DNA of 58,545 bases, filler included, from Asterionella formosa (Eukaryota): NCBI GenBank assembly GCA_002256025.1. It is 9 parts of 9 records of this genome, joined end to end, with 100 filler letters (N's around TTAATTAATTAA, not from the genome) between each part and the next. Parts side by side here need not be neighbours in the genome. Positions count along the whole stretch, not along the records: positions 19,596 to 26,022 come from NKIB01012712.1; positions 26,123 to 32,544 come from NKIB01012714.1; positions 32,645 to 39,053 come from NKIB01012715.1; 6 more parts are not named here. One strand, given 5' to 3'. The translations under genes were made by a program, and so were the position numbers. This document shows positions 25,908 through 36,600 of the stretch, one piece after another (the first letter of the stretch is position 1; the number at the start of each line of letters is the position of its first letter). The notes beneath the pieces are model-generated. The model worked only from the letters and a program-made list of their open reading frames with translations. It did not search any database and was not told where the DNA came from.

Positions 25908-26623
25908 TCGGTATTTCGGTATGCAGCAGCGGTAAGGAGAGGAAGGTGTGACTGATGGGACACCAACAGCAGGTGAAGGAGGGAAGTATGAGCTGCCAGT
26001 TTGTTTTTGGAACTATATACTTNNNNNNNNNNNNNNNNNNNNNNNNNNNNNNNNNNNNNNNNNNNNTTAATTAATTAANNNNNNNNNNNNNNNNNNNNNN
26101 NNNNNNNNNNNNNNNNNNNNNNTAGGGTATATAAACATTGAGCAATGGAGAATGTTTATGTATTTATTTATTGAATTCGAAAAAGAATCTATGTATGTAT
26201 GCGCAAATTTCTAGTGATTCAAATATTTCAAATGGAATCACATCATTCAAAATTATCTCATAAAAATTCTTAGTTCCAGGGAATTTCGGCAACCGTAAGC
26301 AATATTTCAATTTTTGCCTAGGGGTTCAAATACAGGAGCCTTGAGGCAATCTGATGGTAAATAGTCGGATGCCACATCCGTTCCCCAATTCCTATCAAAA
26401 CTACCAGGTACCAGGTACCTATTTTGAGTTGATACCAATGATTTGGATTTCGGACATGAAGGGAAAAAGATAACTCGAAATCCCAATTCGGGTTCCGAAT
26501 TTGGTACTAAATGGCTCCAAATTGGGTACTTCTCGGCTCCTCTGTAATATTCGTACAGCCCGGTAATGGTGGTCTATGTGATGTGCGCACATCATTGACT
26601 TTTCATCACCAAACAAACGCACG

Positions 26624-27542
26624 ATGAAGTATGCAGCGGCGCTTCTTTTGCCTTCTGTGCTGACCACTATCCAGGCCTTTGCGCCTTCGACAAGAACTTT
26701 CTTTCCAAAGACTCTTCATTATGCGGGTGGGTTCGAGTGGGAAGATCCTGTCGCAGCTTTTGATCAGCATGTCGACAATCCGTTTAAGAATAGCGAGCTT
26801 TTGAACACTGGAGACGGCATGAAGATTGATCCTGCTCGTTTACTGAGTCCTCGATTGGCTGGATCTAATCTTTATTTCGTTGGTATGATGGGATGTGGAA
26901 AGAGCTCGGTCGGTGATTTGGTTGCGAGACGTACGTTTCTACCGTAGTTCGTTCATTCCTGTGTGGCGCTCTTGCAGCCGATGGTGATGTTTCACTAATT
27001 TGGAATTGACTAAACTATTCACAGGTATGGGGTCTTACAACTTCCTGGATACAGACGACATTATTGAAAGAGCATCTGGTATGACTATTAACGAAATCTT
27101 CGAGACGGAGGGCGAACCAGGTTTCAGAAAAGTGGAAAGCCAAGTTTTGGATTCGGTTCATGCATATGTCCGATGTGTCATTAGCACTGGTGGAGGCATT
27201 GTCACTCAGATTGAGAATTGGTCTAAGCTCCACACTGGAATTGTTGTTTGGTTGGATTGTCCTCCTGATGTCATTCTCAAGAGACTTCAAGCAGGGGGTT
27301 TGGACAGTCGTCCCTTGCTTCAATCGGGGGACCCTGAACAAAAGTTGAGAGATCTGTTGGAACAGCGCAAGGAGAAATACGAACAAGCAGACATTCGAAT
27401 CGAAATTTCAGATAGTATGGAAGCTAGGGATGTTGCTGATGTTGTTATTCGAGAGCTGCACAATTTCATCGATAATAATCCCCCTGCATGGAAGGTAGCA
27501 AAAGCCAAAGCGAAGGCCGACGGTCTTGATTGGATCAAATAA
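26624..27542 (+). CDS. aroK: Plastid-targeted shikimate kinase; exons 26624-26930 and 27025-27542
   Basis: Signal peptide + IQA-FAP; Walker A GMMGCGKS, FLDTD, GEPGFRKVE, STGGG, RPLL; GT-AG intron 26931-27024 restores the frame (ARRMGS). Confidence 0.95.
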
Positions 27543-27773
27543 ACACGGGCATCGCAATGCGTGCTAGTGGATCTACTTCAATAGATTGCAATGCTTTAAA
27601 TATTTTTAAGTCACAAAATCTTTAAATCTGAGATCAACGGGAGCCAAGCGTTATACCAAAAGCAATAGAAACGACTACCTTTCAACAATGGCGGAATCCC
27701 CAATGAAGCGACCAAGGTATTCTCTGCTCATGGAAGTGCAATGAAAAAATTAAGATATATTGCATAAATCGCC

Positions 27774-28241
27774 TTAACCAGCAGCATTCCATCGCATGAG
27801 CGGCTCTGAGTTGGGTCCGCGAAGAGGTTCACCCTTCGTGGACGGTTTCTTCTTTTGCTTCGGGTTCAACCCTTGCTTTTTCATTCTTGCTTCTGCTGCT
27901 GCTGCTCGCTCAGATCGTAACTTTTCTCGTTCTGCATCCGTTAGATTTGGATTGATAATTGGCTCAGGCAAGTCACTTTCGCGGTTTGTGGCGGCTATCG
28001 ATGGTGACGTAGCTCGATGTTCATCAGCAGACCCCAATCGATGTCCCTTGTGTTTGAAGTGTGATTCGATTAAACATTCGAAAAATCAAAGCGAATTTTA
28101 TCAGTTTTATCTTTTATGCGCCCATTGACATTGTCATTTGAATCGACTTACCGTACCCTGGAATGCATTTTTCTTTTGTACTACAGTAGCATTGGACGTC
28201 AGGGGCTCACTTTCTTCTCCTCCTCCACAACAATTTCCCAT
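27774..28241 (-). CDS. Small myristoylated/palmitoylated p97(Cdc48) adaptor, SVIP-like, 120 aa; exons 28241-28152 and 28046-27774
   Basis: MGNCC N-terminus; GTAAGT...AAG intron 28151-28047 creates FQGTGHRLG; VIM-like RSERAAAAEAR; C-terminal LMRW as in SVIP proteins. Confidence 0.8.
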
Positions 28242-29754
28242 CTTTCTGTCAACTCTATCTGCGAATGTCGACAAATCAGTAAAAGCGTGACGAGCCCCCG
28301 AGTTATGGAATGAGTTTGGAATACAAAGGCAAAGTGAATCAAGGGATAACGAGTCTCTCCGCCATTGACCGTTGAGGACTGCCACGGCAGAGCGTCAGGG
28401 ATCAATGCAACAAGAACTAACAAAAAAGGTACAAAATTTCGAACGAGCGACGGCGGGTTCTGTGCTTGTTTGGCGGTTTGTTTTGTGCTGATGCCTGATG
28501 GCTGTGGCCATCTTGTTTTATCGCGTGTACGTCACGTATTGTCGAATCCAAGCCACACGGGAACCGAAACCAATTAAGACCCAGCTACAATCACAATTCC
28601 ACTTCATCTTGTAGTTTCAATTTTATTCTGGCAAAACATATTCCGAAGCTCGCATTTCATTTTACTTTGGTTTTAGTTCCTCTTGATGCAAGGTCAGCAA
28701 TCAATTCCGACCAAGTTCAAGGTAGTTCATGCTGGCGTGAATGTTGCTCACCTGAAGTTGTCATCCAGAATGATACACTGACATCAGCAGGCTGGAATAG
28801 ATGATGTTGTGTTTGTAAAACTTGCAGGTCATTGAGGGTATTAGATTCCAAGAAATCCAGGTCCCTGTTCAATGATGGCTTAGAGCATAATGGAATTCTT
28901 ACCACCATAGCTTCTGTTCATTCATATTGAATTCAATTCATCAGGTTGTTGCTGCCCAGAATGCCCTGTCTGATGAGATATCAAAAAGGTAAACAAATTT
29001 ATGAGGTTGATGCATTATCTTTAGAGCATGCATTTCTCTTCGAATTGACACAACAGCCATATGATTGTAGTTCCAGCAGCCATCATGATTTCTCCATAAT
29101 CAAAGTAAGTAGACTAAGGAGGGCGAGTTGTTTTGGAAAGTTGTTTCGTTTTCTCAGTTCCATGTATATCAATTGATACTTCCTAATCAGCATATTTTAA
29201 GCCTAGCCGGTTGCTATTGACTGTCTTAAGAATATCATCATCATCAGTGTGTCAGATCAAACCATATTCCCTATTAGCTAGTACTTTAATAATACCAACT
29301 TGGTAATACCAATTTGGAGCTACCAATTTGTATGGGAATAATAAAGGTGACATCACTAACTACATCCATAACCTTCATGTAGAAATCTACACCCCAGAAG
29401 TTGGAGAGGTTTGATACCAATTTGGCTCCACATTGATGCAAAAACAATGACCAATTGGGGAACATTCGCCTCGATTTGGCGCCAAATTGGGGTCACAAGT
29501 TCGGCAGTCGCTCATCAAGCAACACTTCTGGAACGTCAATTTTTTTGCCCCCAATCAAGCTAATTCTCGGCTTCTGCTATGTAAACTGGTGGTATCATAT
29601 ACTCATGGTGAAATTGTGAAGAACCCCTTTTTCATTTACTAACGATAGGACCACAGTGTGATATATTCTACAAGATAAATCTCCTCCCCTTGACTTCCTT
29701 TGTTCCTTACCGACGAAATAAGCCACGATAACATTTACATACCAGTAAATCACA

Positions 29755-30220
29755 ATGCCAGTAATCAGCGATGAGCTCTTTCAACAAGTTGCATCAATCG
29801 TGGGCAACAAGAACATTAAACCTCAGAGAACATCTACCTTTGCTGAAAGGGCGCGTTTGTATGGACTTTACAAGCGCGCGACTGTGGGCAAGCTCTTAGG
29901 TCCCTATGGTAGGTGATTTTATGGAAGTTGTTTGTTCGTACCATTGTCTTGGCATCAGCTCATAGCTAGCATTTACCTCCTGCGACCCCATTGGTTTTAT
30001 TGTTTTACTTTTAATAATATTCGGAGTAGATGACGAAGACAAGGAAACCGACAGGCGCCCGATTACTCGACCCGGGATATTGAGCATTGAGGGTCGTTCC
30101 AAGTACGATGCATGGTTAGAGACGCAATCAATGACCATGGAGGAAGCTCGCGAAGAATACGTCAAGCTCGCGCTAGATTTAGTGGGAACGCCTATCCAAG
30201 AAGCAATTGAAAAGGGCTAA
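29755..30220 (+). CDS. ACBP: Acyl-CoA-binding protein, 114 aa; exons 29755-29908 and 30030-30220
   Basis: Manual translation: LYGLYKRATVG...RPGILSIEGRSKYDAW...MEEAREEYVKL; GTAGGT...TAG intron 29909-30029 keeps the frame. Absent from the ORF track because both exons are short. Confidence 0.9.
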
Positions 30221-30645
30221 ATTTATAATGATGGCAACCCTTCCTTGCTTCCACAGATGTAATCATCACAGATTATTTCTTGAATTAAAGTTTACTTATT
30301 ACCCTATTCTTTCACCACTAAGTGAGTTTGCTGAAAAACTACCTGCCCGCAAATGCGATGGATAACTAATTCTCTGAACAACACGTGATAAATCGTTCGT
30401 TTTTACATGTTGTACTGCTCTAATTTTCTGAAATATATTCTATCCCTTGGCATCTGATGAGCGACAAGTATCCTAAGCTATGAATTGTGGCCAGCTGCTG
30501 GCACTGAATTTCGTCGGTTCTTGCTTGTTCCTAATAAATATGCGAATTGCGGTGATACTGCATTCGTGACATCTCTCTACATATGTAGCTCACGTTCCAT
30601 CTTTAGAATGACTTCGTCGTGCTAATTTGTTTTGCCGCCATAACC

Positions 30646-32223
30646 TCACAAACTGTAGTCGGCAGGCATCTCTCCACAGTCAGCTATCACAATATCAACC
30701 TCTGGCTTGTCGCCAGAACCTTTTGGTACATCTTCGATGGATCGCACAATATCCATTCCCTCCACAACATGCCCAAAGACAACATGCTTGCCATCCAAAT
30801 GAGGTGTATCTTTGCATGTAATGAAAAACTGCGATCCATTTGTGTTTGGACCCGAATTCGCCATCGACAATTGCCCTTCGTGGGTATGCTTGATCAAGAA
30901 GTTTTCATCTGGAAACTTTTCACCATATATTGACTCACCACCTGTCCCATTTCCATTCGTAAAGTCTCCACCCTGTATCATAAAATCCGAAATGACTCTA
31001 TGGAAGGTGCACCCCTTGTAGTGCAACGGCTTGCCCTTGGCGCCTACACCCTTTTCCCCAGTGCATAGAGCTCGGAAGTTTTCAGCTGTCTTGGGCACAA
31101 CGTCTTTATACAATCTCATGACAATTCTGTATTGTTATGTAAGTCAGGAAGGAGCGTGAGGCCAGAAATTGTTCCAGTTTACTTTGTCAAAACGTCAGAG
31201 CACGAGCAGGCTGGAAATGCTCTATTCAAACACCACTCACCTTCCCATGTGGTCCTCACCCGCTTTTATATCGAAAAAAACATGTGGGTTGTCTGCACCT
31301 GGTACAACTGGTCCTTTCTTGTCGTCGTAGAGTCCTCCTGACTTGAGAAACAAACCACCAAAAGCAGCTTTCTCCTTCTTTTTTGCTTCAGCAATCTGTT
31401 CTTTCAACAACACCATCGCCTTTCTGATATCTATGTTCGTCTTGTCCAACTCGTATGCCGCCATCAAGTCCGTCTTGGCTTCCGCCAAGTCGCCAGTGTG
31501 AATGCGGGCTAGGCCTCGTCGGTAGAGCGCCTTGGTATTTGTCTTGGCTTCCACGTCCAAGGCCAAGACCTTGTTGCAGGCATGGATCGCATCAACCCAC
31601 TTGTTGAGCTTGATAAGGCACATGGCTGTGTTTGACCAGCAGCTTATAAACAAGGCTCGCTCGTCATCCTCTGGAGGCTCGTCATCGATATCTTCAGCGC
31701 CTTCCAATGCGTAACTGGCTGCGGACTCGTACTTGGAGGCGGCTTCCGCAAAAAGCGATTTCTTGAAGAATTCAGTGCCGGCAGCCTTGAGTTTCTCAGA
31801 CATGGCAAGTCTTTCTTCCTTGTCCATTTGATACTTTTCTTTGACCTTTTCTTCAAAGCCCAAGAGCTCGACTTCAAAATGCAGAGTTGCCCCTCCCGGA
31901 ATCTTGGGAGGGCTGCCCCTGGCGCCGTATCCATAGTCTGCGTTAATGACAAGGAGCGCCTTTTCTCCCACCTTCATACTGGCAAAACCTTCGTCCCAAC
32001 CCTTGATCACCTGACCTTGGCCGATGGTGAATTTGAATGGCTTGCCTCGATCGACGGAGGAGTCGAACTTGGTTCCATCCGAGGCCAGCGTTCCAGTGTA
32101 ATGCGCGGTGACTTCAAATCCCTTGGCCGGAGGACCCGAGGCGTCTTCGGGAGCTTCCTGGAGGATGCGCTTTTTCACACCACCATCTTGAGCGATGGAC
32201 ACGTCAATGAGGTCGTCTGACAT
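30646..32223 (-). CDS. FCBP: Dual-family immunophilin FKBP-TPR-cyclophilin, 487 aa; exons 32223-31241 and 31126-30646
   Basis: FKBP ([29 protein letters not shown]), TPR repeats (KALYRRG), cyclophilin (PKTAENF, FHRVI, QGGDF, MANSG, SQFFI, HVVFG); intron 31240-31127 joins them in frame (MGRIVMRL). Confidence 0.95.
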
Positions 32224-32644
32224 GTTGAGTCCGAAAAATGAAATTCTCGGTTATTTTATGTATAGTACATCCAAGCAACCATCAACATTTTCGTTTGGTA
32301 CATTCAGACTTTCCATTACCGGTAGACTACCTACTAGCCTCTGTAAAATTTGTACGAAGTTTATGAACCGATGTACCATTTGTACAGGCAGGAGTACCGG
32401 TACATCAGCCATAGATTACCGGTACCAGGTACTACCACCGCCCGGTATTTGACGACAAGGAAATCCAACGAATTCTGCTGCCGAGCGATGACAGTACGGT
32501 ACCAGGTACCGGTATGCAAGCATACCAACAGGCCAGGTACCTGGNNNNNNNNNNNNNNNNNNNNNNNNNNNNNNNNNNNNNNNNNNNNTTAATTAATTAA
32601 NNNNNNNNNNNNNNNNNNNNNNNNNNNNNNNNNNNNNNNNNNNN

Positions 32645-33201
32645 TTCATCATGTCAAGAACATGATAGATGAGGGTGAGTTGCATATTGTTTTTCTAAGA
32701 TCAGAAAACAATCCAGCAGACATTTTGACGAAGAATGTCAAAGAGCAGATTTTTACAAGGTTATCTGGACCCGTGCTGAGTGGTACAATTTTAGAACTTC
32801 TTGAACATGGTAACGAGGAGGATGTCAAGAATATAGCATCAATGGCTATAATGAGTCACAAGGACTGTGGACTCGACTATAGTCCAATGAGTCAAATGGT
32901 GCGTTCCCATGTCAAGAAGCTTGCTAACGAGATTGATGTCTTAGATCAATCAGAAGAAGGTTTACATCAACGAAAAGGGAACACGAAGAACAGGTTCTCG
33001 AAGTGTGATGAATGGGATTGAAACTTAGTTTTAGTTTAATCTTATAATTAAGAAACAGTGAGAATTGACAGAGTAAGGTCAATAGCGAAAACTAGCACGA
33101 AGGCTAGCAGCAGAAAGAAGATAACAATACTAGTGGTATAGCAGGTAAGTTCTACGTAAGAGGAACCCGTCAGACGGGAAGGAGTACGAGACCTTTCAAC
33201 A
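32645..33201 (+). mobile_element. Copia RNase H end and 3' LTR (about 32823-33201)
   Basis: ENNPADILTKNV; purine tract GAGGAGGA, then TGTCAAG...TTTCAACA. Confidence 0.75.
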
Positions 33202-33655
33202 GCGCTCAAGTACCTGTGCCGGTCTAGTAGACAGAGGAATGTATAACGTTCTGACTGCCGCGCGACGGTACTTGGTAAATACTCCAGGTACCCAGGTACC
33301 TGGTACTTGGGACCATAGTCCTTATATATTGTGTACATGGTATATACCACTACAATTTCAAACCAGTGTTGGTGTTCCCACGATTTACCGGTACCCTGGT
33401 ACCATACTCTCTACTCGGAGTATCATTGCTGTGCTGTTTGTCGACATGGTGAGTTTCTTGTTTAAGCTTTGCTTTTGTGTATGAAGGAATCAAATGCTAA
33501 GAACATTTTGTGCCCAGTTTGGATTTTGGAATTGATTTGGTCGTGGAAACATTATAATGCCTAAAAATATTTCTACGTAGCTACTGACAAATTACCACTG
33601 CCAAGTCCATACGGAGAGAATTGTAAATCTCTGGTACCTGGTACCTGGTACCTGG

Positions 33656-36600
33656 TGAGCGATCCTGCACATTGATACAGATGCATATAGGGTTAGGGTT
33701 ATATCAAATATATCAGAACTCGACTAACACCTGTTGTATACTTTGATGTCAACTTGGGAAACAAGTTGTACTTAAGATTAATTAGCTCATATATTCAACA
33801 AATACTACTACTTCTAGTTAGATACTTCACTTTGAATTCAAAAAGAGTCAAATTAGAAGAAAACAAACATGGCAATGTATTGAAGGGTTCCTGTCATTCC
33901 TTTGATCAAAGATTACAATGTATTGACTATCAAGACTAAAACATTCAGAGTTGCTTTAACCGGTGGAAGGTTTGAATCATTTGATCAAGATATAATCGAT
34001 GGAAGCTCTGTGGAAGCGTTGTTGATCGGAGTGAATCAATTTCGTGACATGGCTAACACATGTGCCTTTAGCCCTGCAGATACCTTTTCCTACTTTAAAA
34101 GGTGTTTGACTGACATTGCCTTATCAGATTGGTTGAATGTAAAAGTACTTCCGGAAGATCAATCCTACGAAAGTTTCGATGAAGCAATGACTTTATGGTT
34201 AGATGATCATTTACCAAACGAGAGTTTTCAACGTCAATGACAATGGATGCTACACTACTGCTTGTCTAAACCCTTTTCTATGTTGGTAATGGATTTCGGA
34301 GCTCGTATTAAAACTTTAAACAGGCTACTTCAACTAATGCCTCATCCAGACGATCAAGTTGGATTGTCAAAAGAAGATATGCGGATTATCATTATCCGTT
34401 CTATGCCTGATGAGTGGCAACAAGAGTTTGAATTAAATCATGCAAAGACTTCAGACCAATCGTTTCGCTCGGTTCTCGCTTACTTCGAGAGTCAACAATC
34501 GTTTAAGGATCGCAACAAGCATCTTACCAAGAACAGTTTTCAAACAATCACACAGAACTGTCTTCGCATTGCTGAGCGAAGGCAATCGTGTGATGCGTCA
34601 AGAAAACGAGCGTGTCAGACGTCAATTCTACAAGGATAATTTTACTCCAAATGGTCGTGGAAGAGCGCGTGCTATTGTCAATGCAGCCGGTCGCGCATGG
34701 GATCGTCAGGCAACGGTTCGTCATCAAGCTCTACAAGCCAGTCGTACGTACCATGATTATCGTGGCCCTTGCCCGGTACATCCTGAAGGTACACACACTT
34801 GGGGCAATTGTTTTCAGAATCGTCGTACTCAAGGTGGTCGAGCAGGTCGCATGGCTGGTCGTCATAATGGACGTGGCCGTTCCAGTTTCGGTAGACAAGG
34901 ACATTTTGGTGGTCGTGGAGGCGGTTCACACAGTAATCCTACGGAAAGCTACCATACTGACACTGCTAACCCTGTGCCTGTTCCACATGTTCGTATGTTA
35001 AATACATGGGGTCGTAATACTCATCCATCCGGTTGGGGTACCGTGCCACATGCCGATCCTACCAAGAATACATCGGCCCAGGAAATTTCAGTGGTCACGA
35101 AACCTCCTGCTGGTCAGATAGTGACTTTTGTCCCTACTACACAACAGCAGATTGCTGATTGCCATTACAGAGGTATCTGCAATAATAGCGATGCTATTTA
35201 TAATGACTCATTGAGTATATCTCACGTTAGTCATTACATGGATAATATTGTTTATTTACAGGTTGAATACACTAGTATGAATACCGCTGTTGCTGTAACG
35301 CGGGAAATATATAAATGTATCGATGGACATGATGTCGTTCCACATTCATATCAGGGCCCAATTCCGGTTCCCTTGTTTTACTTCTAAGGATATATTAACA
35401 TCAATTGATTTGATTCCGATGTCCCTTTTAGCGCCACAATTGGTGGATGCTATGCCTATGCATAAAATACTACGAGTATTATTTGATAGTGGAGGATCCT
35501 TATCCTTAATACATGAACGGGTTATGCCTCAAGGTATTTCTTTGTCTAACGAGACTTTACAATTAATACATACCATAGCTGGTACTTATTCATCTCATGC
35601 CAGTGTTATTTTATATGACCTGATTCTACCTGAATTTAATCGATCTGCTCGTGTTTTACAACAAAAGTGTCAAGTTTTTAATGGTCTATGCACATTTGAT
35701 GCTATTTTAGGACGTGATTTCCTCCGTCAAGTTGGTTTAACCATTGATTTCGTAAATATAACACCATGTCCTGTATGGATATAACTGTTCCTATGCATTC
35801 TCTCACATTCTTTGATGATGCAGAATGTTTACGTGATGTATTATTATATTTTGATGCACCTATGATTATGGAATCTTCATATGCGCTGGAAATTAAAGCT
35901 GCTGAATATAACTATGTGAATATTGATACAGTGGTGAATAAACAGATGCATTTAACAACAATGCAACGGTCGTGTTTGCGAACTATACTGGTTAAATATC
36001 AAACATTATTTGATGGCAAATTAAAAGTTTATCCTCATAAACAGGTACATTTGGAATTATTATCAAATGCCATCCCTAGTCATCAACGAGCGCATCCTGT
36101 CGCTCATATTCATTTAGAAGTTTTCAAAACCGAATTACAACGGTTGTGTGATGTTGGAGTCCTACAAAAATGTGGTGCTTCTAAATGCGCGTCTCCCACT
36201 TTTTTATTCCTAAAAAGGGTGGAAGTGTCCGATGGGTATCAGATTTTCGTGAACTTAATAAAGTCATCAATCGCAATATATATCCATTGCCTCGAATACA
36301 AACTATTCTGATCACTAAACGTTCTGGATATGTATTCTTCACCAAATTGGATGTTTCTATGCAATACTATACTTTCGCATTAGATGTGGAGAGTCAAAAT
36401 TTATGCGTTATTTCCACTCCATTTGGTTTATATAAATATTTACGTCTCCCTATGGGGGTGAAACAATCATCTGATATAGCACAAGAAACTATGGAACAGA
36501 TTCTTAGTGATTTAGATGATGTGGAAATTTATATTGATGATGTGGGTTGTTTTTCAATGAATTTTTGGGATCACCTTCATTTATTGGACACTATTTTACA

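Noticed and set aside
28590..29280. Short ORFs 28717-28908 and 28946-29176
   Set aside because: No recognisable motif or consistent splice model.
26624..32223. Functional cluster of shikimate kinase, SVIP-like, ACBP and FCBP
   Set aside because: Unrelated functions and alternating strands; ordinary compact diatom gene spacing.
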